The notes beneath the pieces are model-generated. The model saw only the letters and a list, made by a program, of their open reading frames with translations. It made no database searches and was not told the DNA's origin. A stretch of DNA of 64,000 nucleotides. Origin: a virus. Taxonomy: Duplodnaviria > Caudoviricetes. Both the position numbers and the translations under genes were made by a program. Positions 1-14,491 of the stretch are shown piece by piece (the first letter of the stretch is position 1; each line of letters opens with the position of its first letter). The stretch lies in IMG/VR virus record IMGVR_UViG_3300012344_000011, positions 75,825-139,824 of that record; one strand, 5' to 3'.

Positions 1-3000
1 TCTTTTTTACCAGCACCTATTTGCGGCGATAGTATATATCCACCATCTTCATTAATATCTATTCCAACTCCATCTCAACCATTGATAGAAGCTAAAGAAT
101 AAACATTAGAAGTGAAACAAATTGGAACAACAAGCTCCGCAATTTGTTCATTTTTATCATCTAAGATTTTTATACTGATATTATTATTTGAATAATTAGC
201 ATCAAAAATTTCGTTAGGAATAACGTATATTTCTGATATAACCTCTTCATTATTTTCTTCTTTGAAAAACTGTGATAATACTCCAATATCAGCTAAACCT
301 AAGTTATATTGCTCAGTTTTTTCTATGAAATAGAAAGCACAATTCTTAATCAATACATCGTGCTCGTTTAATAGTTCTAATAAAGACTTTTCTTTTTCAT
401 CATCTTTTTTTAACTGACTTTTTATATTTTCTATCTTTGCTCGATAATAATCTAACTGTTGTTTTACAATAGGATAATTATTCTCATTATCGTTATTCTC
501 TTCTACTATTCCATTAAATTTTTCAAAAAGTTCTGTGCAAAGAAAATAACTTTTTATTTTTTCTATAACAACTTTTTCTCCATAAGCAAGTTCATCCTTA
601 CCAATGTTGACAGCTAACAGAGAAGTCTGTCCATTATTGATATATTTTCTTAGTTGATCTATACTATCAACACTTGCCCTGTTATAAGAAATACCTAATT
701 TACCTATATATTCAGAGCTTTCTTTATAGCTTGTCATCGTAGTAGAAAATTGATTTCTAATATTCTGTAATATATTATTTATTTTTTCAATTTCATTATA
801 TTCTGTCTCAATTTCATTTATCAAATCATTATATTGATTGTATATATCTGAAACAGAAATGTTTGACCATTTGAAAGCATTTTGTAAATAGAACTCTTGA
901 TATATCTTCTGAAGAAGGTCTCTTACAGTAGAAATCAAATCAGAAATATTTTTCTTTGAAGACAATAATTCTTTGAATTGTTCATTTATTCTTTCACAAT
1001 TTTGACTATCATCTTTCGCGATAATATTCTTGATACTGTTAATAAAATTATTGGCATTCTCTGCAATGTTGTCTAATTGAAGTTTTGTCCCGCCTTGTTT
1101 GCTATTTTTTGTAAAAGATATAGTAAAGTTTGGTCTTAAATAGCTTCCAGATTCTATTGGACCACTTTCAACGCTCCAAATAATTTTACTATTATTGAAT
1201 AAATTTTTATTCATTTTTAGCGCAACTCCAATAGAACTGTTGAATTGCGGGTTAGCATTGTCCGCATCATAAATAATATAATTTAGTGTTTTAGAATTTA
1301 CTAAATTGATTGGAGTACTCGAATAATTATAACCAAGGGAATATTTCAAAACAGGAATATTATAATAATTATAATATTTCTTTCCATCAAATTTTATTTC
1401 ACCTTTTACTGTTTGATAATTATAGAAAGCTCCACTTGCATTGTTCTTTGTAATTGCACCGGTTTCTTTCTTAATATCAAATTCTTTTACAGTTTGCGGC
1501 GAACCTTTTCCAAGAAAAGACCAAGTTTTAGAAAAATTCTCTGAAATGGGCTGAGTGTTTTGATATAAAGACATTTTTAGTGAAGTAAAATCAATAGAAG
1601 CATTTACATATAAACCATTGTTATCTTTTATATTCCATATGTCGCCATCTTCTTGTTCGATGAAGCATAATTTGTTATCATCTTCAGGAGAAAAGATTGG
1701 ACTAATTTTTGCAACAAAGTTTGTTCCATTTGTGCCAGGCTCACCAACTTTGCCAAAATAAAAATTAGTATCAGCTTTATAAATACTATCTTTGTAAACT
1801 ACTGTTGCAGTAATAACATTGTCAGTAGCTTCCATGTCATATTTTTCTTCAATTTGAAGAGGAAGAATTTTTCCATAGAATCTATTTTCATTTATGTTGT
1901 AGTCTGGTTTTTTGATCAAGCTTTTTCCTTGCGGCAGCTCCCAATAGTAAGTGACATCATCTAGAGACATTGGCTCATTAGTAGTAGGATCTCTAAATTC
2001 AATTTCAAGATTCTTTATTTCGAGTGGAGTCTTTTTCTTATCACTCGCGGGAGACATACCATTTTCATCATATTGAAAAACTTGATTTCCATTCTTAATA
2101 AAGACATAAGAATTTATTGATAGATTTGCCAAATTATTTGTTAGTGTAATTGAAGCAGAACCCCGCAAGCTATCATTCCTATAAACTTGACAACAATATT
2201 CTACATTTTCAGGTTTGACTTTTAAAATATTTCCATTTACACCTTTTATAAAACTAATTCCTTCTACCTGAGAAATTAGTCTTGCATAATCTGCTCTAAT
2301 AAGACTTTTATCTGAAACAGTTGTAGCTGCATCTAATTTAACTTTTTGTTCATTTTCTAGCTCTTCTTTTGTTTTTTCTAAGAGACAATATTCACCATTA
2401 TCGTCTCTCTTGGACCACACAAAACTAAATTCTGTGTCAGAGACATTATCTTCAAAAGAAGAGTCTTTGTCATTAATATAACAAGTCAGTATTGGAGAAC
2501 CATTACTTATATAGAAATTAGTGCCTTGACTACTTTTAATAGTAATATTATAACTATTAAAATTATTATAAACATTTATTGTATTAGCAATAGCTTTATT
2601 TTCATCGCAGACACAAACACACTTAATAGTATTTGTATTACTCTTACAATCATCAATGTTTAGAATAATTGTTTTTTCTTCTTGATTAATTTTTCTATAA
2701 CCAGAGCCAAGCCGCCCATTATAATCTACACTCTTGGAATTTATAGATACATCATTGATTCCCCAAATATATTGATTACAATTAGTTTCTTTATGATCTT
2801 TGAAAACATTTGCGGTCAATGTAATTTTATCATCTATTTTTTCAAAGGAATTTCCATTAGGAGAAGTAATTGAAACACAATATCCATCTTGATCAGAAGT
2901 CATCTTTGATAAAGCATATAATTCTAAATTATTGAATTTGACATATCCATAATCATCTTTTGTATCTTTTGTTACAAATCCAGAAGTATAAAGTAAAATA

Positions 3001-3749
3001 CTTTGAATATAATTGAACTTAACACCTTCAAAATTAAAAATTGCATATTGAGAAGAGCCATTATAGAATTTCATTGGATTACCAAGCATCTTTTCAGTGT
3101 TTAGAATATATGAAACATTAGATGTATTTTCTCCAATAGAGACATTCATAGTAATGATAATACCATAATCACCACTTGCGTTTGTTGCTAGATTTGTTAA
3201 GAAATTTGCTTTTATCAAAATAGAATCTGCATCATTCAAATTGTTTGTAAAAGACTTTTCATCTACGTCTACCCAAATAGGATTAGTATCTTCTTCGTCT
3301 CTATCTTTTTTATAACAAAAATTATAATTAGAAACTTTGTTACAATATAAAATTGAAGGGAAAGCAGTATAACTTCTATTGTCTGCGTCACTTCAAGTTT
3401 CTTTATTTATAATTATATTTCCACCAACTTTAGTATAATTTGATAGAATATTTGCGTTTGTTCGCTCTTCTTCTTGATCAAGAGGTGCAATCTCAGCTAA
3501 ACCGAGGATATATTTTACATTATCAAAATTACCTTGCGGGACTTGCACATAAACAAGATCGCCAATATTATATTTTTCAGAATTATTACTATAAGCTGCG
3601 ATTTGTCCGCCATTATAAGAAGCTGTATATTGATTGTCGCTTTGAACAGAAACAATTGATGCTTTGACCGTTTTATCACTGTTTGTGCCAGAGCTGTTTT
3701 CGCTAATAATTGACATAGCTTTTAATAGTGCTCCTGTATAATCTGCCAT
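1..3749 (-). CDS. Large baseplate/tail structural protein, 3' end beyond window; TGA=Trp at 3393 and 75
   Basis: ORFs 3393..3749 and 75..3239 are in one frame joined by TGA (KET-W-SDAD). The frame continues through TGA at 75 (SING-W-DGVGIDINEDGGYILSPQIGAGKK) to the window edge. Lies directly downstream of the tape measure. Confidence 0.8.
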
Positions 3750-3835
3750 TAAATCACCCCTTTTATCTCCTATAATTTTTTATATTTCTCTATATAATTA
3801 AAAAACAAATTATACTAATTACTGTCTTTCGCCCA

Positions 3836-3865
3836 ATAAAAAAGGAGGACTCATAAGAGTCCTCC
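3836..3865 (-). terminator. Intrinsic terminator after tape measure gene
   Basis: GGAGGACTC-TTAT-GAGTCCTCC followed by a T-run on the minus strand. Confidence 0.8.
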
Positions 3866-3871
3866 TAGATT

Positions 3872-6800
3872 TTAATAGTTGCGGTGTGCTGATTGATAAG
3901 CCATATCTGCGATATTAAGTAGAGCGTTTTCAATTTCAATAGAAGAAGTGACATTGGGGAAGTCAGCTTTTATTTCAACTCTTTGCTCAATAGTATCGCC
4001 ACCATTTGCTGCAAATAATTTGCTGTAGTCAGTAATATTATTACCTAGAATATTCTGCATTTGCCGCACTTGACTTACTATATCTAATAAGTTCTTAGTG
4101 TCAGTTGCGTTAAGAACAAGTTCTTTTTGGTGAAGAATTGCTAAACGACCTTCTTTTTCATCAATGCCGCCATTCCAAGAGCCAGTGTAACCGCCAGAGT
4201 CATATCTCTTAAATCTTGTATAATAATCAGTATCGTGCTTTCAATTATTCATTTTTATGAAGTATCTTACCAAGTCAACAAAACCAGAATAATTACCCCA
4301 CCATTCTGCGGAAGCAACACCAGCTAACCTATTTTCATAATCAGGATCATCATCATCATTACCATATGACGAATAGTTGCCCGCATTAACAATTGAACCT
4401 GCAATTGCTTCTGCCCATTCATAGTTAGATAATGAAGCAAGATCTTTATCACTAGACCATACTCTACCAGAAGCATAATTCTTGATTTCGCCAGGCATTT
4501 TATCTAAGCCACTTACAGAATTTAGCGCATCATTCGCAGTTTGAGATAATGTTTTGAACTCATTATTCAAATTATTGACAATTGTTGAGGCTTTGTTGAA
4601 CTGCGTCTGTAGCTGTTTAACAATTTCTTGAGCAGCCTTGGCCATCTCACTAGTGATTTCTATGCAAACTTCGTCAATGCTTTTCTTAAGAGAAATCAAA
4701 TCAGCTTCAAATTTTGGTGATTCAAAACTTAGATTGTTTATTTTACTCTGTAAAGAGAAGATGGAAGCTTCAATAGCTTTGACCTGTTGACTGCTAATAT
4801 TTGCATTACCACCAAGATCACCATAGATTGTATCTAATGTTTCCTTCATTTTAGTAGAATAATCAGTTAGGCTATTTTCTAAGGCATTTAACAAATCTCC
4901 ACTATATTTGTTATATTCATCTAATACACCTGTAGTACTTTGTTTGACCTGTCCCGCAAGATCGGTCATCTTAGTTGTTACTTCACCAATTTTAGTATTT
5001 GTATCATTTGCAAATAGCTGGAATCTTGAATCAATTTCATTGATAGTTTCAGTAGAATCAGTTTGCATTTGTTTATAAATACCAGTAAGTGATTCTGCAT
5101 TTTCATTGGAAATTGTTTCTGTAGACTGAGCAACCTGTTGTAAAATTTCTAAACTATAAGTTTTTATGTTTTCAGATTGACCAGCACTATACTCTCCAAG
5201 AGAAGCCATAACTTCTTGGATGCGGGCTTTGCGCTCTTCCGCATCAAGATTTGCATCTGTCCATATTTCAATAATTTTATCTCTTGCATTGGTAATTTCA
5301 GAAATTGTATTATTCTCTGAATCAAGGAGAGCTTGCTTAGCGATGTTATATGCATTAATTTGTGCATCTAATAAATCTTGTTGCTTTTGAGCTACATCTG
5401 ATTCATCTGCTGTATAAACATAACTATAGTTGCCACTAGCATCTCTTTGTAATCGCATTTTTGTTTTCGCAGATTGAGCATCTTGTAAAGCAATTTGTTT
5501 CTCTAGAACGCTTAGTTGTGCATTAGCATAATCTATGTCGGCTTGCGTTAACTTATCTTTTTCTCTTAGATAATCTAATTGATCGTTCATTTGAGCAGAG
5601 ATTTGTTGCTGAATGCCAGTATTTTTCTGCGCCGCATCATTCAACATCTTTTGATAAGAGAACTGCAACTTTTGAATGTTATAAGCTTTATTCATATCAT
5701 CTAAATGAGCTTCTTCATTGCGTTGCCGCATTTCCCACTGACTCTGCATCCAATCTACATCACCACCAAGAAGAGAATTGGCAAATTCATTAGCAGCTTT
5801 GTTAGCTTGAATTTCAAGCCTTTCAGATATTTTTTCCAAGAGAGATTGTTCAGTATCCATCTGCTCAGATTGGAGATCTGTAATTTTATCTTTTGCATCT
5901 TGTAGTGCCTCTTCGTTCTCTTGACTCCAATGAATATTAGCTTGTTTTGTTTCTTCTAATTTATCAACTATAGATTGCCAATAATTGATTCCAGAAGATA
6001 AAGCATCTAGTTGTCCGTTGTATGCGGAAACGGCCAAATCATTAGCTGACAATTGATAATCATAACCTTTTTCACCGTAGAAAAGAGAAATTTGTTCAGA
6101 TAGACTATCTATAGAATCAATCAATCTATCATAAGAATCAAAGCGTCTTGAAATAATATCTTCCGCAGTATCTATTGCATCAGAAATTACTTCGTTTAAA
6201 CTCTCAAAACTGTTTATAATAGATTCTGATACAGTCTGAACTCTATCCATTGCATCTTTAAGATTATCATATGCGGCTTGCGCGGTAACCTCAGAATATT
6301 CATCTGTACCTTGCTTGGCAATTGCTTCTTGCATTTGTTTTTGCGCTTCTTCAAGTTGCTGCAAAGCTATTAGCTGTGGAGAACTATAAGAAGCAGATTT
6401 ATACTCTGCATTATCTTTTTCTTGCGCAGCAACAGAACCAATCGCTCGCATAACCGCATCTACGAAATCATTATACCCAGCAAAATCTCGTAGAACGTAT
6501 TCTTTGTCTCTATCAGGGTTTGCAGTTAAGATACTTTTTACAGCTGCGTCATAAAGAGCTTGCGCTTCATCTTTTTTACCTTCTTTTAATAAGTCAACCA
6601 TTGTGTGGAAGTTACCTTTATCAAAGACAGGACCTATGTCTCCGCCGCCAATAGTGCTCCAATCTACATTTGGATCTTCTCTTGGACCTAATTGATTATA
6701 GATTTGATTTGCACCAGATTGCTCAAGAGCACTATCGAGTAATTTATCACGAGAAACTTGTTTATCAAGGCCAAGCATTTTCTTTACATCATCTTCTGTA

Positions 6801-9800
6801 ATGTTAGAGAATGTTTTTGTCTTACCGTTTCAATCTGTCATTTTTGCAGTAACACCAATAAGGTCTTTTATTGTGCCAGAAGCAGATTCTATTGCTGGTG
6901 TAAATCTTGTTGAGAGATTAGCTCCATTGTTTAAGAATTCAAATACTTTTTGATTAAACTCTCTAGAGTCTTTTATGGCATTGATCCATTCGTTTAGCAT
7001 ATCAGACAATGTATCAAATATTTTGTCATTTGTATCTTGAATATTGTCTACACCTTCACGAATTTCTTTCTCATAACCTTCTTGTTTATCAAGAAGATCT
7101 TGATAATTTTCCCAAGCTTCTTTGGCTTTATCCATATTATCTTTTGCATCAGACAAAGCATCATCAAATTCAGTTGTATCTTCATCATCTTTATGCTCGT
7201 TATAGGTGTCAACAGCGTCATTATAAGCCGCAACAAAAGCATCATAAATATCTTTTGCATTAATTATATTACCATCAATATCATATTGAAGTTCAATACC
7301 AACCATATCTGCATAGCCACGAATAGTTTTATTACCATACTCGTCTTCAGCTTGATTCTTTTGGATCTCTATTTGTTCTTTGGCGAGGTCAACTTCTTGT
7401 TGCTTTAACTTTAAATACTCTTCATAACTTTTCTTTAGTTTTTCAAGATTTTTTACTTTCTTTGAACCATATAATTCATCATCATATTCAGAAAGTACGT
7501 CTTGTTTTGCGGTGAGACGAGAAATTTTATTTTCTATCGGCTTAAATGGATCTCATTTACCTTTTTCAGCCTTTTTAGGTTTAGCAGCTTTTTTAGAACC
7601 GCCACCTCCGCCGCCGCCGCCACCTCCGCCGCCACCTTTATTAGATGAACCAACAGAACCGTTACCTGTGAATTTTATGCCGCCAGTGCCTTCACCAGTT
7701 TTAATCGCAGCTACTTTTATTGTTTCGTCAGGTACGGGTTCTTGTCTTGAGGTTACTTCTTCTTCAATATCATATGTGTCTGGATCAGATCCCGTCTTTT
7801 TAACTGTTTGATGCTTGTACGTAACTGTTTTGGTCTGTGGGAGGTGTGTATCTACTTCTTCAACCTCTGCTTCCATACCAACAGATGCAAGGAGGGCATT
7901 CATTTGATCAACACTCATACCTGTTGCTAAAGCTAGTTGATTTAATGAGTTTACCCAATTATTATACGCTTCTTGTGATTCAAATGCGCTTGAAACATCG
8001 TCTCCCGCTTGCAAACCAGCGGCAGCTATTTGATTAAATCCATCTATAACAGTTTGTTTATTTGAATCAAAATTTTGTAATGCAGTGTTCATTTCTGATA
8101 GACCTGGGTCTAATTGAATATCATCGTTTACTTTAAGACTTTCTTTAACGGAAGCAGCTATAGTTGAAGATTTTTCTAAATTTCCAACGACATCTTTTCC
8201 AACAGCAAATCCAAGTTGATTGATAGCTTCTTCAGACCCATCTGCGGCTTCTTGCAATAATTCCATATTTTTAGCAGAATCAAAGAATTCTTTTGATAAA
8301 TCTAAATCTTCAGATGTACCAACCAACTTAGCAATAGTTTTTTCTAATTGTTTCGTTACTTTAACATAATCTAAATCATATTTATTACTTTTTTTGAGAA
8401 TATCGCTTCATTCTTCTCAGTTTTTAGATAATTCTTCAACGCCTTGATTCATACGCTGGTTTTGAATCGCCAGGTTCCTCGCAGAAGTTGCATCTAAATC
8501 ATAGGCTTCTGCTAGAGCTTCGGCTTGCTCTACTACTTCATCATAGTTTAATTCATATTTTTCTGATTCAGATTTTGTAATTGTTTCGAGCTGCTTATTA
8601 TATTCTTGTTCAGTTGCTGCTTTTTGTTCTTCTGTTTCATCACCAGCGTCTGCTTCACGCTTTGCTGCTTTTAATTCATTGAAAGAATTGGCTTCAGAAA
8701 TTTTATCTGTTGCATCAGCAAATCCTCTGACATTTTCTGTTCCATTTTGTAAGGCAGCTATAAATTCATCTATTGTAGGATAAGTTTCAATCATTTTTGC
8801 TTGGAACCCATCAATATTGTTCACATAAGCTTGAAGCGCTGCCATTTTATCGTCAGCAGTTCCAGTCTCAGTATCTTTAAAACTTGAAATTTTAGAACTT
8901 AAGTCTTCAGCATATGGCTTTGATAAATCAACCATTTTAGAAGCAATAAGTTTATCCTTCATATAATCTGAAGAATAACCATCTTCTACAAGAGTTCTTT
9001 TACCATCTTCACCAATTTCATAGAATTCACCGTCAACGTATTCAATAGCATCGTCTAATTCTGCAAATTTTTCTTTTAAAACTTCATCTGAATAAGCATC
9101 AACTTCTTTCTCTGCTTCTTTGCGATACTCTCCTCCTTCTACCATCTTCTTAGCAACTGCACTTTGCACAATTTCTTGCCCAGTCGTACCAATGTTAGTA
9201 TAATTTTTATCATTACTCATCATTGAACCAACTTGAGCTTTTTGAATATTTTTTATTTGATTGTCTGTAGAAATGTAGTTTGCCCCAATTTTTTGTAGAT
9301 CGGAAAGGTCTTGACTAGAAAGCTCAGAATACATTTTGTTAAGTTTTTCTTTTGATATATCATAAGTTTTAGAACTATTCGCTTCTTTAAAAGCTTCAAG
9401 AGCTTCCTCGGTAGAAGTAAAACCTGTTTTTGACTCAGCAATAAATTTAGAAAAATCTTTAGTTATTTCATCTGCCGCTCTTTTATCTGATTGCTTTGAA
9501 TTTGATTCTCCATATCCGTGATTTACTGAGTCGTATAATGAATTAGAAATTTCATCGCCTTGCACTTTTGCTTTGCTCTCTAAGACTTTTATTTGTTCAA
9601 AAGCTACAGCGGCCTGAGCTTTCTGAAAATTATCGTTTGCTTTATTTGAAGCATATTTTTGAGCAGCAGTTGTGATTGATAACTCACCATTTTCGCCTGT
9701 TTCAAAAATTTCACCATCAAAATCTTCTAACAAATTTTTATAGTTATTATAAAAATCTCATGCATTCTTATTAGCTTTCTGAATCGCTTCAGAAAATTCT

Positions 9801-12800
9801 TCAGTACCTTTCGTTAACCCCTTAAAGGTGTCTTTACTATTTTTTAATGTATCAATTGAAGATTTCAAGTTTTCTACTTGAGTTTTGGCGTCGTCAAGAG
9901 TAGCTGAATAGTCAGAAAGATTACTTTTTGCTTTATCTAAGGCATCTGAATTTTTATTCAAAGCAGCATTTGTAGATTCTATATTTTTAGCAATCGCAAC
10001 GACTACGCCCGCAACAAGTGCAATAGCAGCAGCAGCAATGGCTATTTCTGGTAAAATGCCAAGTAGCACTGCTCCAAAATTAGAAAAAGCTGCTGTTAAA
10101 ACACTTATCGTTGTTCCAGCCGCACTACCGCCTGCTGCAATATTTCTCAAAGCAGTCCCTGTTGTAGTAACTGCTGCTGATACTCCGCCATTTGCTTTAC
10201 TAACAGCTTGGACGCTCTTTACATAAAGTCAATTTGCTACAGTTGCAGCTCCAGTGATAGCGACATCAGCCGCTTTTGCATCTCGTAAAGCTTTAAAAGC
10301 ATCAATAACAATGGGAAAGATCATAGATATAGCCATTAACGTTGGAAGAATTGCATCCCCAATATTTCCTTCTTGGATAGAAGAAATTGCTTCACCTATT
10401 GTGTCAAAAGCAAAAGCTAAAGAAATTGCATGTCCAACAGCTCTTGACAAAGAGTTTATCATAGACTCAAGCTTCATTCTTTCAACTTCAGCAGCAGACC
10501 TTGCTGTTGCTTGTTCTATTTCTTGCCAAGCTATACCAGCTTTTTCAGCAGCCTGCATGAACGCTGTTGTTAAAGCTTCGCTATTAGAAATTTCAGATTT
10601 TATCTTTGACATTATCTGTAAGTCTTCTGCATCTAATTGTTGCTTTTGTTTTATTTTTTGAACAATTGTCGCGAAGCCACCTGAGATTTTTTCTAATTGT
10701 GCATTTTGCATTTTTAGATTGTTTGCATTTTTTGACGAATTATAAGCTTCTTTAACAGCTTTAGCAATTTTCTTTCTTGCAGCCAACTCTTCTTCCGCAA
10801 ATGCAAGAGCAGTTTTATTTCTATTAAGCTCATCTTTATTTTGAATTGACGCAATTTTATTTTCATGAATTTGAGTTGCTTTTGCTTGTAATGCCGCATC
10901 AATTTTATCTGTATTCTGTCCTTTCGATCTAGCATCTTTCCTTTGCTGCTTAAGAACATTGGCTTCTTCGACAAGAAGCTGTCCTTCATTGATTAGAGTA
11001 TCACGCTTATCTGTTAAAACCTTTCTATTATCTTTTAAATCTTTAACCTTTTTTTCTTTTCTGCTAACACTAGAAGCTTCTGCTCCAACAGTTTGTGCAA
11101 CGATTTTCCCGCCACGCTCTTTTTCTGCGGCTTTTACTCTTTGTTCTTCAATCTTAATAGCTTCTTTATTTTCTTTGATTTGATTTTGAATTGCATCTGT
11201 TATATCGCCCTCTGCCACTTCAAGTTGACGAACACTTTCATATCTTTTTTGCTCTAATTGATATAGTTCATTTGCCATTTCTCTTGCACGGGTTTGAGAT
11301 TTCTCTGAAAGATTTGAATATACAGGAGCAACTCCAGACATAAACCTAGATGTTAAGCTGTTATTTATTTCGTCTATATTCTTAAAGCCAAGCATATCTG
11401 TAACAGCATTTAATCTTTTGGCGCTACTTGAATATGTTATAATACTAGAAATTGAATTTGCAATAGAAGAAATTTGAGAACTAATTTGTGAACTAAAAAC
11501 TCTAAAGAAACTTGCTCCAAGAATCTTTATGACACCATCTAATCCACCAGCTGCTTCAATCAATGCATTCAAACCATTCACAAGTTTTGTAACATCCTCA
11601 AGAACTGGTTCAACAGCATCTTGATTAAAAAGAGTCGTCATTACTTGTTCACCAGCAGCTTGCAAAGTTTTCATACGACCTTCAATACCAGATGCAAACT
11701 CTTCTTGCATAGCATCCATCATACCATCTGCACCCTGTGTAGCTTCTAAAGCTTTATCATAATACTCTTGATTATTCATCAAAGCGGCAAAACGATTATA
11801 TTGGAATTTACCAGCAACTTTTTCACCTACAGCAACCTTTTGAGTTTCACTTAAACCTTTCCAAGTATCTTGCAAGTCATGAAGAATCGCATCAAAACCA
11901 CGGAATTCACCCTGTGCATCTCTTACTTGAACTCCAATAGAACTCAATGCTTGAGCATATTCACCCTCAGCAATACCATCATCTGTTTTTCCGCTAGTCT
12001 TAATGTCTGCGAAACGTTGCATAATGGTTTTCATACCATTACCAATCTCTTCGGCACTCTGACGAGTAACAGATTGAATAGTGGCAACAGATGCAAGGAA
12101 CGTATCTTCAGTCGCTCCAACAGCAGAGGCAACAGATGCAGAACGCTGAGCTGCGGTCATTAGCTCACTGACATTAGAAGCAGTACTATTTGCTACATTT
12201 GCTAACTTATCTAGAGATTGGCTCATTTCATCAATTGAGAGTCCAAAAGCATTACGATATGCAGTAATTTGGTCTGAAGTTGTAGCACTATCTTGCTCAG
12301 AAACATTCGCTAATTTAATTGCTAAATCAGCCTGTAATTTTGAGTCAGAAAGAGAGAAGCCTTCTTGCGTGAAAACTTTAATTGCATTTGTATAATCAAC
12401 AGTCGTCGTCGCAAGTCCTTGAGCAGCTTTGTTCGCGTACTGGGCTAATTCTCGCATATTTTTCGCAGATGCTTGTGAAACCATCTGGATTTGCGTTAAG
12501 GATTCATCTAGTTTTTCCATATATCGAACTGCACCAGAAATACTACTAACTACTTCCTGAAAGATTCCAGCAGTAATGCCCCAACGAACAGTGTTTGAAA
12601 AAGTTGTAAAGACTTTTGACATAGTGGAATTTACAGTAACAGCATTTTTATTAATTGACATTAAGCTATTTGCTAGTGCAGCATTTGCTCTTTGTCCTTG
12701 TTCACCCATTTTTGATCATCTTGCTGCAATACCCTGTAAATTAGTGTCAGTCATTTTTAATGATGTATTCAACTTAGTCAAGTCTAAAGAATTTATTTTT

Positions 12801-13012
12801 GGGTTAAAAGCTTTCTTTAAAGCTACTTCAAGTTGATTGATTTCTTTAATTGACTGTTTTATTTCAGCTGGTTGCAAGCCAGTTATTTTAGTAGCATTAT
12901 TTGCGGTTAGAGTCGTTTTTAATTTAGTTAACTCATTTCGTAGTTGAGTAACACCACTTGCATCTAGAGTCGTTTTAATATTGTATACGATCTCATTAGA
13001 ATATTTGGAAAT
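3872..13012 (-). CDS. Tail tape measure protein, ~3046 aa with 8 TGA=Trp codons; probable ATT start
   Basis: Seven ORF-track fragments are in one frame separated only by TGA (12716, 10229, 9758, 8417, 8408, 7553, 6830, 4241). N-terminal TMP repeat domain (LDKLANVANSTAS...VAGKFQYNRFAALM), coiled coil, and C-terminal YDSGGYTGSW...LAILHQKELVLNATDT motif. Confidence 0.9.
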
Positions 13013-13029
13013 AAGTCATCACCACCGAT

Positions 13030-13827
13030 CTAACAGAATTGCCAGTGATATCCACCAGCAGTTTTTTGTTCATTAATACAACACTTAGAAACTCCTGCGC
13101 TTGATTTTAAGCCAATTGCTTTTGCAGCTTTGCACGCAGAAGAATAAACCATATTTGTTTCTATACATTTAACAGGCTTTGCTCAAGCACTATTTTGACT
13201 TAATTTTTCCTTATGCTCTTCAGAGAATTTTTTCCCATACATGGGATTATTTTCGCCACAATATTTTCCCATTTTACTTTCAGACAACTTCTGTCTATGT
13301 TCTTGAGATAATTTCTTCCCCTTTAAAGATTTGCCAAGTTTACGTATTTGTTCTCTCTGATTTTCTCTTAAACCAGAATCTCACTGCATTTTTGTGGTAG
13401 AACCACTTGGAAGAATCTCTATATTATTAGATTCACATGCTTTCTGAACGGTAATTGGAGCACAACGAAATTTTTCACAAACTGCTCTTTCAGATCCTAG
13501 CTCAATATAAGCTTGTGCCAGTTCCTGATACCTATATTTTAACCTTCCTTCTCCGCCGAGGGTCATATTATAGCCATTGTTACAACTATCTAAAAGAGAA
13601 ATTCAATAGCGTTCTTTCTTATTTAGCTCAGAATCATCGCAATGCTCTAATTCTTGAATTTCAAAATTTTCTTCGCCATATTTTCTCATGGCCTTGTAGA
13701 GATAGTATGGAACTCCATTTTTGGCGTTTCTTTTGTGCTCTTTAAATCTATGTTCTATAGTTCCCGCAGTTTGGCCAATATAAATTTTTCCTGTAAGAAC
13801 ATTTGTTATTTTATAGATACAGCCCAA
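13030..13827 (-). CDS. Free-standing GIY-YIG homing endonuclease with NUMOD repeats; TGA=Trp at 13603, 13381, 13183
   Basis: IYKITN..IYIGQT motif; KERY-W-ISLLDSCNNGYNMTLGGEG; GENNPMYGKK; C-terminal KTAGGYHWQFC then TAG. Confidence 0.85.
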
Positions 13828-13876
13828 AATATCACCATCCTCTCCTTGTTATCCTTTAATATGCATATTACAAGAT

Positions 13877-13916
13877 AAAAAAAATACCTCTATGACTTTT
13901 TAAAATCATAGAGGTA
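13877..13916 (-). terminator. Intrinsic terminator
   Basis: TACCTCTATGA...TCATAGAGGTA hairpin plus T-run on the minus strand. Confidence 0.7.
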
Positions 13917-13940
13917 AAATTATTATAAAATGTCCAAATG

Positions 13941-14420
13941 TTAGCCCGCATTATTCATGCCATATTTATCAGCTACATCCAATGCAGCTTGAATATCAAC
14001 ATCATTTTTTAGCATTTCTAATGATTGACCCATATTATCAGCAATGCTACTTGTAAACACTTGAAGAACGTCAACAATGCCACGTGCGGAATTACGATAA
14101 GTCATAAAATCTTCCAACCAAATACGTCCTTCTTCTGCTAGCGCATTTAGTTCATCACCATAGTCTTTAATCATAGTATCTACAACATCATCTTCAAGCA
14201 TTCTATCCCAAGCAACCATTGGTGAACCAGTGACTAGATCTTCGTCAATTTGCTCCCACATTTCAGGATATAATGCACGTGCCGCAAATACATATAAGGA
14301 TCTCACAAAGATAAATTGATTAACAAAGCCATCGTCTTCAGCCGCATCCATTGCATGACTAATAATATCATAACGCTCTTGGCTAGAGAGTTTATAAGCC
14401 TTTTCTTTATTAATATTCAT
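13941..14420 (-). CDS. Hypothetical protein, possible tail assembly chaperone
   Basis: Acidic helical ORF upstream of the TMP, with AGGAG RBS before MNINKEK and a TTGACA/TATAAT-type promoter at ~14451-14483. Function from position only. Confidence 0.55.
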   Translation of the reverse strand: MNINKEKAYKLSSQERYDIISHAMDAAEDDGFVNQFIFVRSLYVFAARALYPEMWEQIDEDLVTGSPMVAWDRMLEDDVVDTMIKDYGDELNALAEEGRIWLEDFMTYRNSARGIVDVLQVFTSSIADNMGQSLEMLKNDVDIQAALDVADKYGMNNAG

Positions 14421-14491
14421 TTTAACTCCTTTATAATCGTTCCGGAACAATTATATTATATATAAAAAACATTTGGCTGTCAAGAAAAATT

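Noticed and set aside
3872-13012. Tape measure and other late genes as decayed pseudogenes or separate small genes
   Set aside because: Every break is an in-frame TGA with no frameshift, TAA or TAG, and several fall at conserved Trp positions.
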